The notes below the pieces were generated by a model. The model was not told the origin of the DNA. It ran no database searches and saw only the letters and a program-made list of their open reading frames with translations. Below, piece after piece: positions 18,393-28,168 of a DNA stretch of 32,000 bases (positions are counted from its first letter, which is position 1; each line of letters begins with the position of its first letter). The translations under genes were made by a program, and so were the position numbers. Location of the stretch: assembly GCF_000237865.1 (NCBI RefSeq), contig NC_017457.1, forward strand, positions 30,001-62,000, in the 5' to 3' direction. The stretch is from Haloquadratum walsbyi C23. GTDB lineage: Archaea; Halobacteriota; Halobacteria; Halobacteriales; Haloferacaceae.

Positions 18393-19547
18393 TTGATGGG
18401 GGATGTATGCGTTTTCGTAATTGTTATGACAGTATCACAACGGGCAACAGTGTATCGTAATGAGTCTTCAGAAAGGTTTACAGCTACGTTAAGCTCTGGA
18501 GAGGTCGCATATATTACTAATAGAGCAAATAAGGCACATACTAAGGGTTTAGTTGTTTATGAAGTGCTTCATTTGGCACATTCGTATCTTTCAGACCGTT
18601 TAACCTTTGTTGAGGATCATATATATAAAACTCTTGCAGATGTTATCGGAGTCACTCAGTCTGATGATGTTCGCAAAAAAAATATTTTCAATGAAGAAGC
18701 TGATCCAATAAAGCAGTTGAAATATGAAGCTGACTCTGCAGATTACAGTGATTATTCTGAGATGAAGAAAACGGTGATATATCTTCCTGTAAGTACCATT
18801 GAAACACTGAAGGAAGAAAATGGACCGAGAGGCGTATCTCAAGCGATTTCTGAGGCAATTCATCAGGTTATCCGGATGCCATACAATACGAGATTTAACA
18901 AGCTCACAGTTATTGATCAATTCATCAAAATAAACAATGGAGATAAGGATAATATTGAGGAACTGCATCCTTTTGTTGAGTTGTTAATTGATGGAGATGA
19001 TGAAGAGTATAATATCAGACTATCTGATCGTATTAATTCTGACAGAGAAAGAGAGGATCAACTCTTAAGAGAAGATCTTAAACGAAGGGGGCTTAATTTA
19101 GACAGTCAGACGCCATGGGTTGGATTAAAACCAGATATGACATTCAATTTGAATGTACTTCGGCGTATAATTAGACTTGGTGTACTAAAGCAAAAGAAAG
19201 ATGTGAGAGTTAGAGCCTTGAAAAGAGCGATAGAGGGTTCTCAAAAGTTGAGGGAAGATTGTGGTCAAAATACCCAGCTCTATGTATATAAACGTGATTT
19301 TTATGATCACATTGAGGAAATTTTTGACTGCTCTAGACCAACCGCAAAAAGTTATGGCGATGCAGTTTTTCAGTCATTTAGAAGTGTCTTAGGCGTGTAC
19401 GATGATGGTAAGCTTGAAAGATTAATTGTTAAGCCATATAATTCAAGATCAAAATTTACACGAACGGGAATGGGTCAACCTTACGCATGTCTCAATAAGA
19501 AAAACTCAAATTATTCAATAGAGTATAAGCATAAATTCCTTGAGTGA
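18393..19547 (+). CDS. hypothetical protein with two RHH-like segments (384 aa; likely start a few codons downstream)
   Basis: Long ORF in a very AT-rich island. It is K/N/I-rich and much less acidic than its neighbours. FTATLSSGEVAYITNRA...VVYEVLHLA and KKTVIYLPVSTIETLKEE...VSQAISEAIHQVI fit a beta-helix-helix pattern. Confidence 0.7.
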   Translation: MMGDVCVFVIVMTVSQRATVYRNESSERFTATLSSGEVAYITNRANKAHTKGLVVYEVLHLAHSYLSDRLTFVEDHIYKTLADVIGVTQSDDVRKKNIFNEEADPIKQLKYEADSADYSDYSEMKKTVIYLPVSTIETLKEENGPRGVSQAISEAIHQVIRMPYNTRFNKLTVIDQFIKINNGDKDNIEELHPFVELLIDGDDEEYNIRLSDRINSDREREDQLLREDLKRRGLNLDSQTPWVGLKPDMTFNLNVLRRIIRLGVLKQKKDVRVRALKRAIEGSQKLREDCGQNTQLYVYKRDFYDHIEEIFDCSRPTAKSYGDAVFQSFRSVLGVYDDGKLERLIVKPYNSRSKFTRTGMGQPYACLNKKNSNYSIEYKHKFLE

Positions 19548-20057
19548 ATGCACTCGATAAGGATCATCGATGAACATCGATAGTGTATGAATTTGCTAAA
19601 TTTTTGTGTTGAAAATTATAATTTAAAACATGCATATATGTTTAATCTCGAAGTTCTTACACGGTTTTAGATGTTTTACGGTCTTGTCACAACATATATA
19701 CATAGATATTTCCCTTCTTTATTGAGGTATTGAGTCTGTGAGTCGTTTCTGGTGCTTGCACTCACTGTCCCCGTGAGAGACCGGAAGAGGTGAGCAAAAA
19801 ATTGGACGACTGATAGATATTATATCCGCAATTTATTTTAATGTGACATTAGGAACCCCGTGCGAATTGATCATGATACCTGTAATATCTTCAGAATTGA
19901 ATCCAGCAGTATCGTGGAATTCACCATACACAGCCAATTCGTATACCGTCTATATATTCATTCCTGACATCTTTTTGCACTCGACGATGCATTCTGATGC
20001 ATATCGTCACGACAAGATCAGCACAACACAGCTAAGTCGTTGTACTAGCATATCTGA

Positions 20058-20101
20058 CCTTATGTAATATCTATTTGGGTCAAGGGCAATTGTTACATAA
20101 G
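20058..20101. repeat. hairpin family member 4 (ccttatgtaa-N25-ttacataag), solo
   Basis: Same arm sequence as the other members, with arms of 9 bp. Confidence 0.7.
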
Positions 20102-20175
20102 AAATGGATATCAGAAGCGAAGAATTCACTCGAACGTCCTAAATCACTTGAATTGAGCAATGGAGGTGATTGCGC

Positions 20176-20364
20176 TCAAATTAGCCGTAGAGCGTGTGCC
20201 AGTCGATAGAAATTTAACGCGTATCCCCATCCAAAGACCATTGGAGTGAGTAGTCGCTCATCTTCTGGGTTCCAGAATCTTTTCTTCACTTTTGACAGCG
20301 TCGGCTTTCTCAAGTCGTATGGGAGTCCGAGGAATCGACCTTGCAGGGGTTCATTCTGTTCCAT
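20176..20364 (-). CDS. small protein resembling the DUF5808 motif family
   Basis: GLPYDLRKPTLSKVKKRFWNPEDERLLTPMVFGWGYALNF resembles the conserved P-Y-D-x-R-x-P-T...W-N-P-x-D...F-G-x-G-W pattern as I recall it for DUF5808. This comes from memory, not from a search. Confidence 0.5.
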   Translation of the reverse strand: MEQNEPLQGRFLGLPYDLRKPTLSKVKKRFWNPEDERLLTPMVFGWGYALNFYRLAHALRLI

Positions 20365-20510
20365 ATTGATCTCACTCTGTGAGCAGATTGAAAAGAGTCA
20401 TTCTGGACTTCTGAGTATGAATCGACTATGTATAAGATAGTAATACCTCTGAAAGATCACATGTGCTTAATGATGCCCATGAGGTAGTTATGAGCGATAT
20501 CTGGTTGATG

Positions 20511-21001
20511 CTAATCGACTTCACAAGCCTCAGTTCGAAAGTCAAATAGAGCATTCCGAGTCTTGCAGACACTCTCGAGAAGGCTATATATCATGTCACT
20601 TTCTTCTAGAACGCATTCTAGGAATTGCTCAATATTTTCATCATAAACGTCTGATATTCACTACATGAACATTCATGAACTGTTTTAGGAGGAACATATC
20701 TCTCGTCATTCTTAGCTCACCCTGCAAGTGTTCCCGATATTTGCTGATCCAAATCATGAGAGCAGTTGGAAAATAAATACCGAATCGCCTCTTCAATCCC
20801 TCCAATTTTGAGAAATGGCTCAACTTGGTATTTAATGAAATATACAGGATGTCATGCCGTGTAAGAATAGCATATGACTCAGCTGAGTCACTGGTCAAAG
20901 TCACTATTCAGCATCACACTCACTGCGTGTTGGATTGAGTCATCCAACTGAACTGTAACAGGCTCATCAGACCTCTCAACTGTGCTATATGGAGAGAACA
21001 T
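20511..21001 (-). pseudogene. multiply frameshifted remnant of an acidic protein gene
   Basis: Consecutive protein-like minus-strand segments sit in different frames: MFSPYSTVERSDEPVTVQLDD..., VYFIKYQVEPFLKIGGIEEAIRYLFSN..., AKNDERYVPPKTVHE..., DVYDENIEQFLECVLEESDMIYSLLESVCKTRNALFDFRTEACEVD*. Confidence 0.4.
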
Positions 21002-21106
21002 CGTCGGCTGTGAAGAATGTCATATTTAGAACCATACAGTATTACAGCTTATGTTCTTGTGTTTTTTGCCTTCTCTCCACTACCAATGGCGGTAGTATTA
21101 CCATGA

Positions 21107-21703
21107 GTGGCGATAGCCCCCCAAATTGTACTTCAATCTAGAGATAGCAGACATCATATGGGAGACGGAACAGCCGGGTCTTCAGTTCAGTATCAGACCC
21201 CGACACATGAGTATCTACGTCAGCGATTACAACAGATGGCTCCGGAGGCGTTCGAGGAGTTTGTAAGCGATGTGTGGGAGTTTCTTGGCTGGAATACACG
21301 TGTTGTTGGGAAACCAGGGGATCGTGGTATTGATGTCGTCGCTGTGACCGGTGATCAAAAGCAACTGATTCAAGCTAAGCGGTATGGACCATCGACATCG
21401 GTCGGGAGCCCTGAAGTCCAACAGTATGCAAGCCTCCGACTGCAAGAAGAGAATGTCGATCAAGTAACAATCGTGACAACGGGAACGTTCTCCTGGCAAG
21501 CACGTGAACTCGCACCTGAACTCGAAGTATTGTTAGTGAACGGTGAAGAGTTGATCGAGATGATTGACGAAATTGAGGCGTTCGAAGTCTTTGACGATCA
21601 CTTTGCGGATATCGAGCTATCACGTAATGTCGACGTAGATGCTACTGAATCTCCAAGCCGGTTCCGACGACTGCTTCGATGGGTTCGCTCACTATTTTCC
21701 TGA
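21107..21703 (+). CDS. Mrr-like restriction endonuclease domain protein (likely start at ATG 21158 or later)
   Basis: FEEFVSDVWEFLGWNTRVVGKPGDRGIDVVAVTGDQKQLIQAKRYGPSTSVGSPEVQQ matches the Mrr_cat core (D...D-x-QxK). The track start at 21107 is a GTG. Confidence 0.85.
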   Translation: MAIAPQIVLQSRDSRHHMGDGTAGSSVQYQTPTHEYLRQRLQQMAPEAFEEFVSDVWEFLGWNTRVVGKPGDRGIDVVAVTGDQKQLIQAKRYGPSTSVGSPEVQQYASLRLQEENVDQVTIVTTGTFSWQARELAPELEVLLVNGEELIEMIDEIEAFEVFDDHFADIELSRNVDVDATESPSRFRRLLRWVRSLFS

Positions 21704-22206
21704 GTGAGCAGGACGGGATGTCAGTGATTTCTAATGAAACCCAATATGATCAGATACCTGTGATAGATTGTTTAAATTGTGCTGGATCCATCTGTTGCAT
21801 TTCGGCTTTGAACTCTGGGCGGAATATCAAAGACATAGAGCAGATTATACTTGGAAAGATGCGACACGTGGGTGGACAGTCAACGGGTAGTTATCGGTTA
21901 TTTTGTGCGATCATAGTCTAGACAATCTTGAAATGTCAGGAGTCAGAACGCAATCACAGTTACTCGTATTAATTGAGTTACGCTGCATCAAAACGTCATG
22001 TATGTTTCTGTACGTATCGATATAAACGATATTTTTGTATACAATATATGATATCGACATGAGTGAAATATTTGGAGAGTTTCATGAAATAATATTCATT
22101 TTGTTATCAGTGCAGCTATGTTGATGTTGATAGCAAAAAACCAGTAGTCCCGATATTCATTACAGTCAGCTTCACAGACAGTCATCCCGGTTGACCACCC
22201 AACTAA

Positions 22207-22362
22207 TCATTTCCTCTTGTCTTCTAGTCCAATAAAATCAGATGGTGGGTCTTTGTCCTCGAAATATGATTGGAGAGCAAATTTTGTTCCGATATATGAT
22301 GCCCCAATCATCAAAGCAAATATGATCGGTATCCAGAAGAGAATGAACGCAATTGCAGTCAC
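22207..22362 (-). CDS. possible 51-aa single-TM protein (GTG start), below the ORF-track cutoff
   Basis: Hand translation gives (M)TAIAFILFWIPIIFALMIGASYIGTKFALQSYFEDKDPPSDFIGLEDKRK*. This is a clean hydrophobic helix plus an acidic tail. It is antisense to the track ORF 22217-22426. Confidence 0.3.
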   Translation of the reverse strand: MTAIAFILFWIPIIFALMIGASYIGTKFALQSYFEDKDPPSDFIGLEDKRK

Positions 22363-22939
22363 ATGTGATCATTATACCTATCCAACATATGCTTCTCGCT
22401 TGATAATTGAATTGTTTGTAATGTAGAAGTGAGCTACCCCGACCTACTTAGCTGTCGCAGACGGCTTTCTTGTAAAAGGAGTCCTGCCCTTGTTCCGAAT
22501 AGTACGGGAACGACTGGCAGATATCATTCTAAGTTTCCCTGTCGAAGTCCTCAGAGTGGAATTATACAGATGAAATCCCCTGAAGCCAATGGCTAAATGA
22601 GGCTCAGGACCGATCATTGATTCACAGTTGCAACTAACGTCGAAGACGACTGAGATTCTTTTTATTCTAGTGATAGTATCGGCATATGTTTTGAATAACG
22701 TCTAAATGTACGACTTACAGTCCAAAAGCCTCACAAGTTATCCACTATCTATTAGACTGGAATTACTGTAGCTAAGACTCTATTTACATATCCTAACTTT
22801 GATTAAATATAGAGCAGGTTAGCATGGAGTGAGGTAGAGAGGGTTGAGCAGTCCGATAGACTCTCAATTTGCTTAGAGCAGATAGCTGAGTCCTTTGTAT
22901 CTACGTAGGTTATTTTACTTTCAATTACGCAATGGATAT

Positions 22940-25066
22940 ATGGAAATTAGCAAACTTCTTGATCGAGTAGAGTCGAATGCTATTGTTCTGCCAGAGTTCC
23001 AGCGTGAGTTCGTTTGGAAGAACTCACAGGCAAAGGAGTTGATGAACTCACTTTTCGAAGAGTTCCCTATCGGGAGTTTGCTTACGTGGGAAACAGAGAA
23101 TCCTCCTGAAATTAAAAACGAAGCAATAGACGAAGAAAAACATGCACTTTTTGAGGTCCTACTTGATGGGCAACAACGACTGACAGTATTGTATATGTTG
23201 ATTAAAGACGAAATCCCACCGTACTATACCGAGGACGATACCGAGAATGACCCACGGGATCTTTATCTCAACGTCGGCGATGGAAAGTTCCATTTTGAAA
23301 ACAAGATGACTCGTGAAGGCGTTGAGTGGGTTAGGGTAACTGACTGTTTCAATGGTGAGGTTGATGGGGTGACTATTGCTCAGAAAAAATTAGGTGATAA
23401 GCCAGAGCCTGTGTTGGAACTTTCAAAAGAGTATAACCAACAGATCGCTCAACTCCAAAATGTCACGACTCGTAGTATCCCAGTCGAGACCCTCCCGAAG
23501 TCAGCGGATATTCATGAGGCAATCGAACTCTTTGATAAAATCAACTCACAAGGAACACACTTGAGTGATGCAGAGTTGGCATTAGCGCATATGAGTGCTG
23601 AATGGGCGTATATCCGCCGGAATATGAAACAAAAGCAGGCTGAGTTAGCTACCCAAGGATTTGAGTTCAATCTCAATTTCTATGTGAAATGCATGATTGG
23701 AACTCTCACCGAAACAATGACCTACGAACAGGTATACAACGTGTCAGAGGATGAACTCAAATCTCAGTGGTACGAATTAGCTGGTAAGGATAATAAGGAT
23801 GGTATCTTTGATTACGTGATCAACGTTCTCCAAAATGACGGACAGATTCCGTCATCAGACTACATCAACACTCGTGACGTTCTCATTCCGTTTATCGTAT
23901 ATCTGAATAAACAGGAGAAGCAACTATCTCACGACGAGAAAACGCAGTTCCTGCGGTGGCTCTACTCAGGGATGATGTGGTCACGGTACAGTGGCTCATC
24001 AGATACGACCGTGGAACACGACATTTCACTCTTGGATGGGGAGTCTCCGACTGACCAACTCATGCAGGAAATTCGTGATGAGAGAGGACGGATAGAGGTG
24101 CAGGCATCTGACTTGCAGGGACGTGGGAAACGAACACGTCGGTTCTATAATATGGTACGGACCGTAATTCGTGCGAATGATCCTGTGGACTGGAAAACAG
24201 GTGAGCCACTCAAAGGGAGTTACGAACTGGAATCCCACCACATCTTCCCAAAGAGCAAACTCTATGAAGAGTATGACTCAGGTAACTCTACACACCGGAA
24301 GCTGGTCAACGAAATTGCTAATCGTGCTTTCCTCACTCCAGCCACAAACAAACAACTGGGAGACGAACTACCAGAGAGTTATTTACCAAAAATAATCGAA
24401 GACCATCCGAGTGCATTGGATTCCCAATTCATTCCAGATAATGGAGAGCTTTGGAAGTTACAAAATTACGAAGACTTCCTCGCCAAGCGGCGGGAATTAT
24501 TAGCTGATGCTATCAATGACTATATGGAAAACTTAGTAGTCGGAGAAGAAGGAAACGAAGAACAAGAGTCAGCAGACGAACTTATCCACAAAGGTGAGAA
24601 TACTCGGATTGAGTTCAAGGAGTCTTTCCTGTACGATGTATATCGAGAGCAGGCAAATAAAGATCTAAAAAAGGAGGTAGCAAAGGAAATCTGTGCGTTG
24701 ACCAATTCCGAAGGTGGAGCTGTAGTAATCGGGGTCAAAGATGATACGAAGGAGATCAAAGGTCTCGACCGAGACTACAATTTGATGGAAAAAGGTAAGG
24801 ATTCATTTGGACTCCAATTACGACAAGAAGTATCAAACAGACTAGGACAAATGATGGCTACCGCATATACTCATGTGAGGTTTGAAGAAGTTGATGAAAA
24901 AGAAGTCTGTGTCATCTGGGTTGATGATAGTCCTAAACCTGTTTTCTTTGAAGAGGATGATAGTGAGCAGTTCTATGTTCGAACCGGCACATCAGCTCAG
25001 CCTCTGAGCATTCAAGAAGCCAATAAATACATCGACGAACACTGGAATCAAAGCCCGATAGCATAG
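22940..25066 (+). CDS. GmrSD-family type IV restriction-like protein (DUF262 + DUF1524) fused to a C-terminal AlbA_2/Schlafen-like domain
   Basis: The N-terminus has LPEFQREFVW and LLDGQQRLTVLYML (DUF262/ParB-like NTPase). The centre has ESHHIFPKS...NEIANRAFLTPATNKQL (DUF1524 His-Me/HNH-like). The C-terminus has GENTRIEFKESF...EICALTNSEGGAVVIGVKDD.KEIKGL (AlbA_2). I take ATG 22940 as the start; ttatttta lies 23-30 nt upstream, and the track start at 22895 is a TTG. Confidence 0.9.
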   Translation: MEISKLLDRVESNAIVLPEFQREFVWKNSQAKELMNSLFEEFPIGSLLTWETENPPEIKNEAIDEEKHALFEVLLDGQQRLTVLYMLIKDEIPPYYTEDDTENDPRDLYLNVGDGKFHFENKMTREGVEWVRVTDCFNGEVDGVTIAQKKLGDKPEPVLELSKEYNQQIAQLQNVTTRSIPVETLPKSADIHEAIELFDKINSQGTHLSDAELALAHMSAEWAYIRRNMKQKQAELATQGFEFNLNFYVKCMIGTLTETMTYEQVYNVSEDELKSQWYELAGKDNKDGIFDYVINVLQNDGQIPSSDYINTRDVLIPFIVYLNKQEKQLSHDEKTQFLRWLYSGMMWSRYSGSSDTTVEHDISLLDGESPTDQLMQEIRDERGRIEVQASDLQGRGKRTRRFYNMVRTVIRANDPVDWKTGEPLKGSYELESHHIFPKSKLYEEYDSGNSTHRKLVNEIANRAFLTPATNKQLGDELPESYLPKIIEDHPSALDSQFIPDNGELWKLQNYEDFLAKRRELLADAINDYMENLVVGEEGNEEQESADELIHKGENTRIEFKESFLYDVYREQANKDLKKEVAKEICALTNSEGGAVVIGVKDDTKEIKGLDRDYNLMEKGKDSFGLQLRQEVSNRLGQMMATAYTHVRFEEVDEKEVCVIWVDDSPKPVFFEEDDSEQFYVRTGTSAQPLSIQEANKYIDEHWNQSPIA

Positions 25067-25108
25067 AGAGAATAAGATGTCTTTCTGTCTATTTTGAGGT
25101 AATATAGG

Positions 25109-25400
25109 CTACTGGTTCTCAGTCAATTCAATTTCGATTGCGTGTTTTCGCTCAAGTGTTTTCGTATCGAGTCTATACAGATGCTTAAAAAAACGTTCTT
25201 CGGTCGAACGGTCAACAGCCGCTTCGATTCGGTGGTCTATTCGGTCACCCAGTCCCGCAAGTCGTAGAGATTTGAGTCGAGGAGAAGTCTTAGCTTCGTC
25301 TACCGACTCACGTAGTCTCCTGACGAAGCTTCGAGAGTATGACGATGCTGTTTTCTATTTCTCTCGTCACCGACAGCGTCACACTCGTTGTGACGGGTGA
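25109..25400 (-). pseudogene. possible frameshifted remnant (RHH-like N-terminal piece plus 66-aa C-terminal piece without a start)
   Basis: Minus-strand frame B reads ...VTLSVTREIENSIVILSKLRQETT*. An adjacent frame reads ESVDEAKTSPRLKSLRLAGLGDRIDHRIEAAVDRSTEERFFKHLYRLDTKTLERKHAIEIELTENQ* and ends at 25109. Confidence 0.3.
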
Positions 25401-25542
25401 ATCTGCCGACTGTTCGACAAACCTGTTTCATTTGGTGTAAACACTACTGAAACAAAGAGGTTTTTTCTTCAGTTGTTACTACAGAGAAGGGCTGGCATAT
25501 TGATTCTGTCGTCCTATTCCTCGCCAGTGATCGTGTTACTGA

Positions 25543-26343
25543 TTAAACGACTCCGGGCGTCACAGCGGTTTCTTCGTTTGCCGTCACAACACCCGTGACG
25601 TCATCAGCGAGTCCATCATCGAACACAACCGCTGTTTTCCCGCCACGAGTTTCTTTAATATCCACTCCACCGTCACCAAACTGTTTCAGAAAGTCAGCGA
25701 CTCGTTGAACTGTCTGTCTGTGAACTCGTTTGTCTTCTTGTGCAGTCAAAACATCTCGAATCCGAGTCGACGTGATAGCAATCCCAGCTGGCACGGATTT
25801 TCCATAGTCTTTGATTCGACGAGCAATTGATCGAGCTCTCTTTTGATTGGAAGTGAGATTCTCTACTGCAACGTTTTCTGGAAGTGCACACACTTGCTCA
25901 AGGGAAGTGGTCTTACTGCCACTCGGAGTGGTCGTATCCTCATCGTTGTCCTCAGATTGGGACGATTGCTTTTCAGAGGAATCAGCTGTGTCTGTTTCAA
26001 CTTTCTCCTCTACTTCGGTGAGTCTCTTCCTCGCTTTTGCATCATGCTCAATATGCTCTGCGAGGTTATCTTCAAGTTGCGTAATCTTTTTCCGATCCTC
26101 AGCGTTGGACTTCGCCTGCATGGCAACTTGCTCTCGAATCTCATCAATCTCCGCTTGCTTGTTAGTAAGTGATTGTTCAATCCCCTCGACAGCTGATTCG
26201 CCAATCTGTCTAACTGTATCAACTGTTTCTTGATCAGTATCAGTCGCCTCTAGACAATCTGCTGTTTTTTGGACAAATAGTGTCAATTGCTCAATACAAC
26301 CGATGTCGGTGCTGTTAAGACAGCGCAGTTCTTGTTTATTCAT
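25543..26343 (-). CDS. hypothetical coiled-coil protein with C-terminal wHTH-like domain
   Basis: 266 aa. Long acidic helical centre (EIDEIREQVAMQAKSNAEDRKKITQLEDNLAEHIEHDAKARKRLTEVEEK). The C-terminus ITSTRIRDVLTAQEDKRVHRQTVQRVADFLKQFG...GGKTAVVF is HTH-like. Confidence 0.7.
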   Translation of the reverse strand: MNKQELRCLNSTDIGCIEQLTLFVQKTADCLEATDTDQETVDTVRQIGESAVEGIEQSLTNKQAEIDEIREQVAMQAKSNAEDRKKITQLEDNLAEHIEHDAKARKRLTEVEEKVETDTADSSEKQSSQSEDNDEDTTTPSGSKTTSLEQVCALPENVAVENLTSNQKRARSIARRIKDYGKSVPAGIAITSTRIRDVLTAQEDKRVHRQTVQRVADFLKQFGDGGVDIKETRGGKTAVVFDDGLADDVTGVVTANEETAVTPGVV

Positions 26344-26665
26344 GGAGTTGGGGCTCCTTTGTTGAGGGGGTATTCGTTAACCCCCCACCGTCGTTATTTC
26401 AACGGATACTGGTACAGTTGTCTAGAATTCCATATAAAACTTCGTCCAGTCTTTCATCATGTATCTGATGAATACATGTAAATTCATTTAATCAAAAGCA
26501 GAACAGACGTTTAAATTAACTTACTTCTCAATCGCATACAACATATCCAACTTATATCTTGATTTGTATTCACGTTTTTATGTTATCAAAATACGTTAAA
26601 CGGAGTTAATAGTGGATGATTCTTACTGAAGAAGTAAATTCAAAAGAGTATGAAACAGTTACAGA

Positions 26666-26953
26666 CTATTCTTCTGACGGTTCACTGTCCTCGACTAGCT
26701 CATTTCGAAGATCGTCGATTTCCTTTTGACGTTGTTTAAGCATCGCTTCACAATCATCACTTAATTGCCGACCATATTGTTCGAGATCATCGATAATCTC
26801 TTGATCAATTTCAGTGTCGGTTGACTCAGCAGCCTCCACGAATGCATCAACGAATTCGTCGATCGAATCTACTGCGTTCGCATCAGCAGAAGAATTACCC
26901 CCTGGATTATCAGTTTCAGACATGCTTTCTTTGGAATAGTCTATCAGTCTCAT
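26666..26953 (-). CDS. small acidic hypothetical protein (95 aa; alternative start 26923)
   Basis: D/E-rich helical sequence on the same strand as its neighbours. Confidence 0.55.
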   Translation of the reverse strand: MRLIDYSKESMSETDNPGGNSSADANAVDSIDEFVDAFVEAAESTDTEIDQEIIDDLEQYGRQLSDDCEAMLKQRQKEIDDLRNELVEDSEPSEE

Positions 26954-27114
26954 AGTCTCTTACCCTACTCTGCTGCAACATGATATTAGAAACTAAGATT
27001 TTGTGGCACTTAATCATGGCTACTAAATTCGCATTCTAAGTGTTTAGATATTAACATATGCAAGACGTAGCTCCACCAGTTGGTTACGTAGTTATATAAT
27101 AAATATCAATTTTC

Positions 27115-27585
27115 TCACCCGTGCATGTCGGCGATTTCAGCAGCCTCTGCCAAACTACATTGCACTCCACAGTATGACCTCTTCTCGTCTGGCAGAATTT
27201 CCGGAGAGATCGTGATTTCAGCGACATATCCGTCAAGTAAGATCCATGCATGGCGAGTCAATATTTTCTGCCCATTTTCAATATACTGAATGTACCCTTC
27301 GCAATATTGAACATCAGCGTCAATTTGATCCTCCATTTGCATCGCCTGCCGACAGTTTTGGAAGCATCGCTTAGGAACCGCCCCAGCATACTCTGCAAGT
27401 GTTTTGGCATCATCGTGCAAGACCGTTCCCTGTTTGACCATCTCATCAGATTTGAATTCTCGCCCGTTCTGTGCGACAAATTTGATGAAGTGTTCTTGAT
27501 CATCAGGGATGCTCTTGGCACGTAACTTGACATTAGAAATAATGGATTCTATGTCAGTGCTTTTTGAAACGAATATATTGGACAT
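27115..27585 (-). CDS. hypothetical protein with possible Cys-His (transglutaminase/papain-like) signature
   Basis: KRCFQNCRQAM...CEGYIQY...TRHAWILLDGYVAEIT resembles the G-x-C...G-Y...H-A-W-x-E...D core order of transglutaminase-like cysteine peptidases. Tentative. Confidence 0.65.
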   Translation of the reverse strand: MSNIFVSKSTDIESIISNVKLRAKSIPDDQEHFIKFVAQNGREFKSDEMVKQGTVLHDDAKTLAEYAGAVPKRCFQNCRQAMQMEDQIDADVQYCEGYIQYIENGQKILTRHAWILLDGYVAEITISPEILPDEKRSYCGVQCSLAEAAEIADMHG

Positions 27586-28168
27586 ATTTATATTTTATTT
27601 AGAATCTCCCATCTGAATAGTAAAGATGTGCTTTGTTTCATCTAGAATTTGTTATTTAGATGTATTAATTGTTTTCTCAGATAATTGTAATTATACATGT
27701 TATGATATAGATTTGAATCATCAGTTAATTTACTCCACTTCCAGTATGTAAACGAATTTGATATATTCTCACCATGTGTTAACCTGCAATGAAGAGAGAG
27801 AAGGGGTCTATAATCCTACTTACACAATTTCATATATGTCCTTCACCAGGCTCATAGGTTGACCAATTTCTTGAAACAATATTTTATGGGATTAACTTCT
27901 AGAATTACAGTAATATCACTTATCATCGTGCCATCCAGGCAACGAGAGAACCGTGACTGACATTATCAGTTATTCTACTAGAAGAGCACATATATATGAT
28001 ATGAAATGTTGGACATACTCAAATTAGTAGTTATGATAGTCATTATTGTTAGTTATCATATTTTATTATTTAACATTAAGATCCATATTTATGCGGATAG
28101 ACTCAATAAAGATGTTTCGACGGGTGACGAATACCCCAATTGTAAATTATGAGAACATCATAGCAAAA

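Noticed and set aside
19843-20067. ORF 19843-20067 (+), 74 aa
   Set aside because: Not acidic and without motifs. Its last codons overlap the start of hairpin family member 4. The minus strand shows short remnants in several frames, consistent with decayed sequence.
21227-21921. ORFs antisense to or overlapping the Mrr-like gene (21227-21499, 21375-21623) and the downstream ORF 21679-21921
   Set aside because: The first two are shadow ORFs of a supported CDS. The third overlaps the Mrr stop and has no features.
22430-22620. A patch of higher GC with a small stem (gttccg...cgggaac), examined as a possible tRNA or att site
   Set aside because: I could not build a cloverleaf, there is no GTTCRANYC-type T-loop, and no integrase is nearby.
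24026-24759. ORFs inside or antisense to the GmrSD-like gene (24026-24241, 24171-24395, 24520-24759)
   Set aside because: They are shadow ORFs within a domain-supported 708-aa CDS.
25694-26233. Overlapping ORFs within or antisense to 25543-26343
   Set aside because: The main frame has coherent coiled-coil and HTH features, whereas the alternatives are Ser/Cys/Leu-rich.
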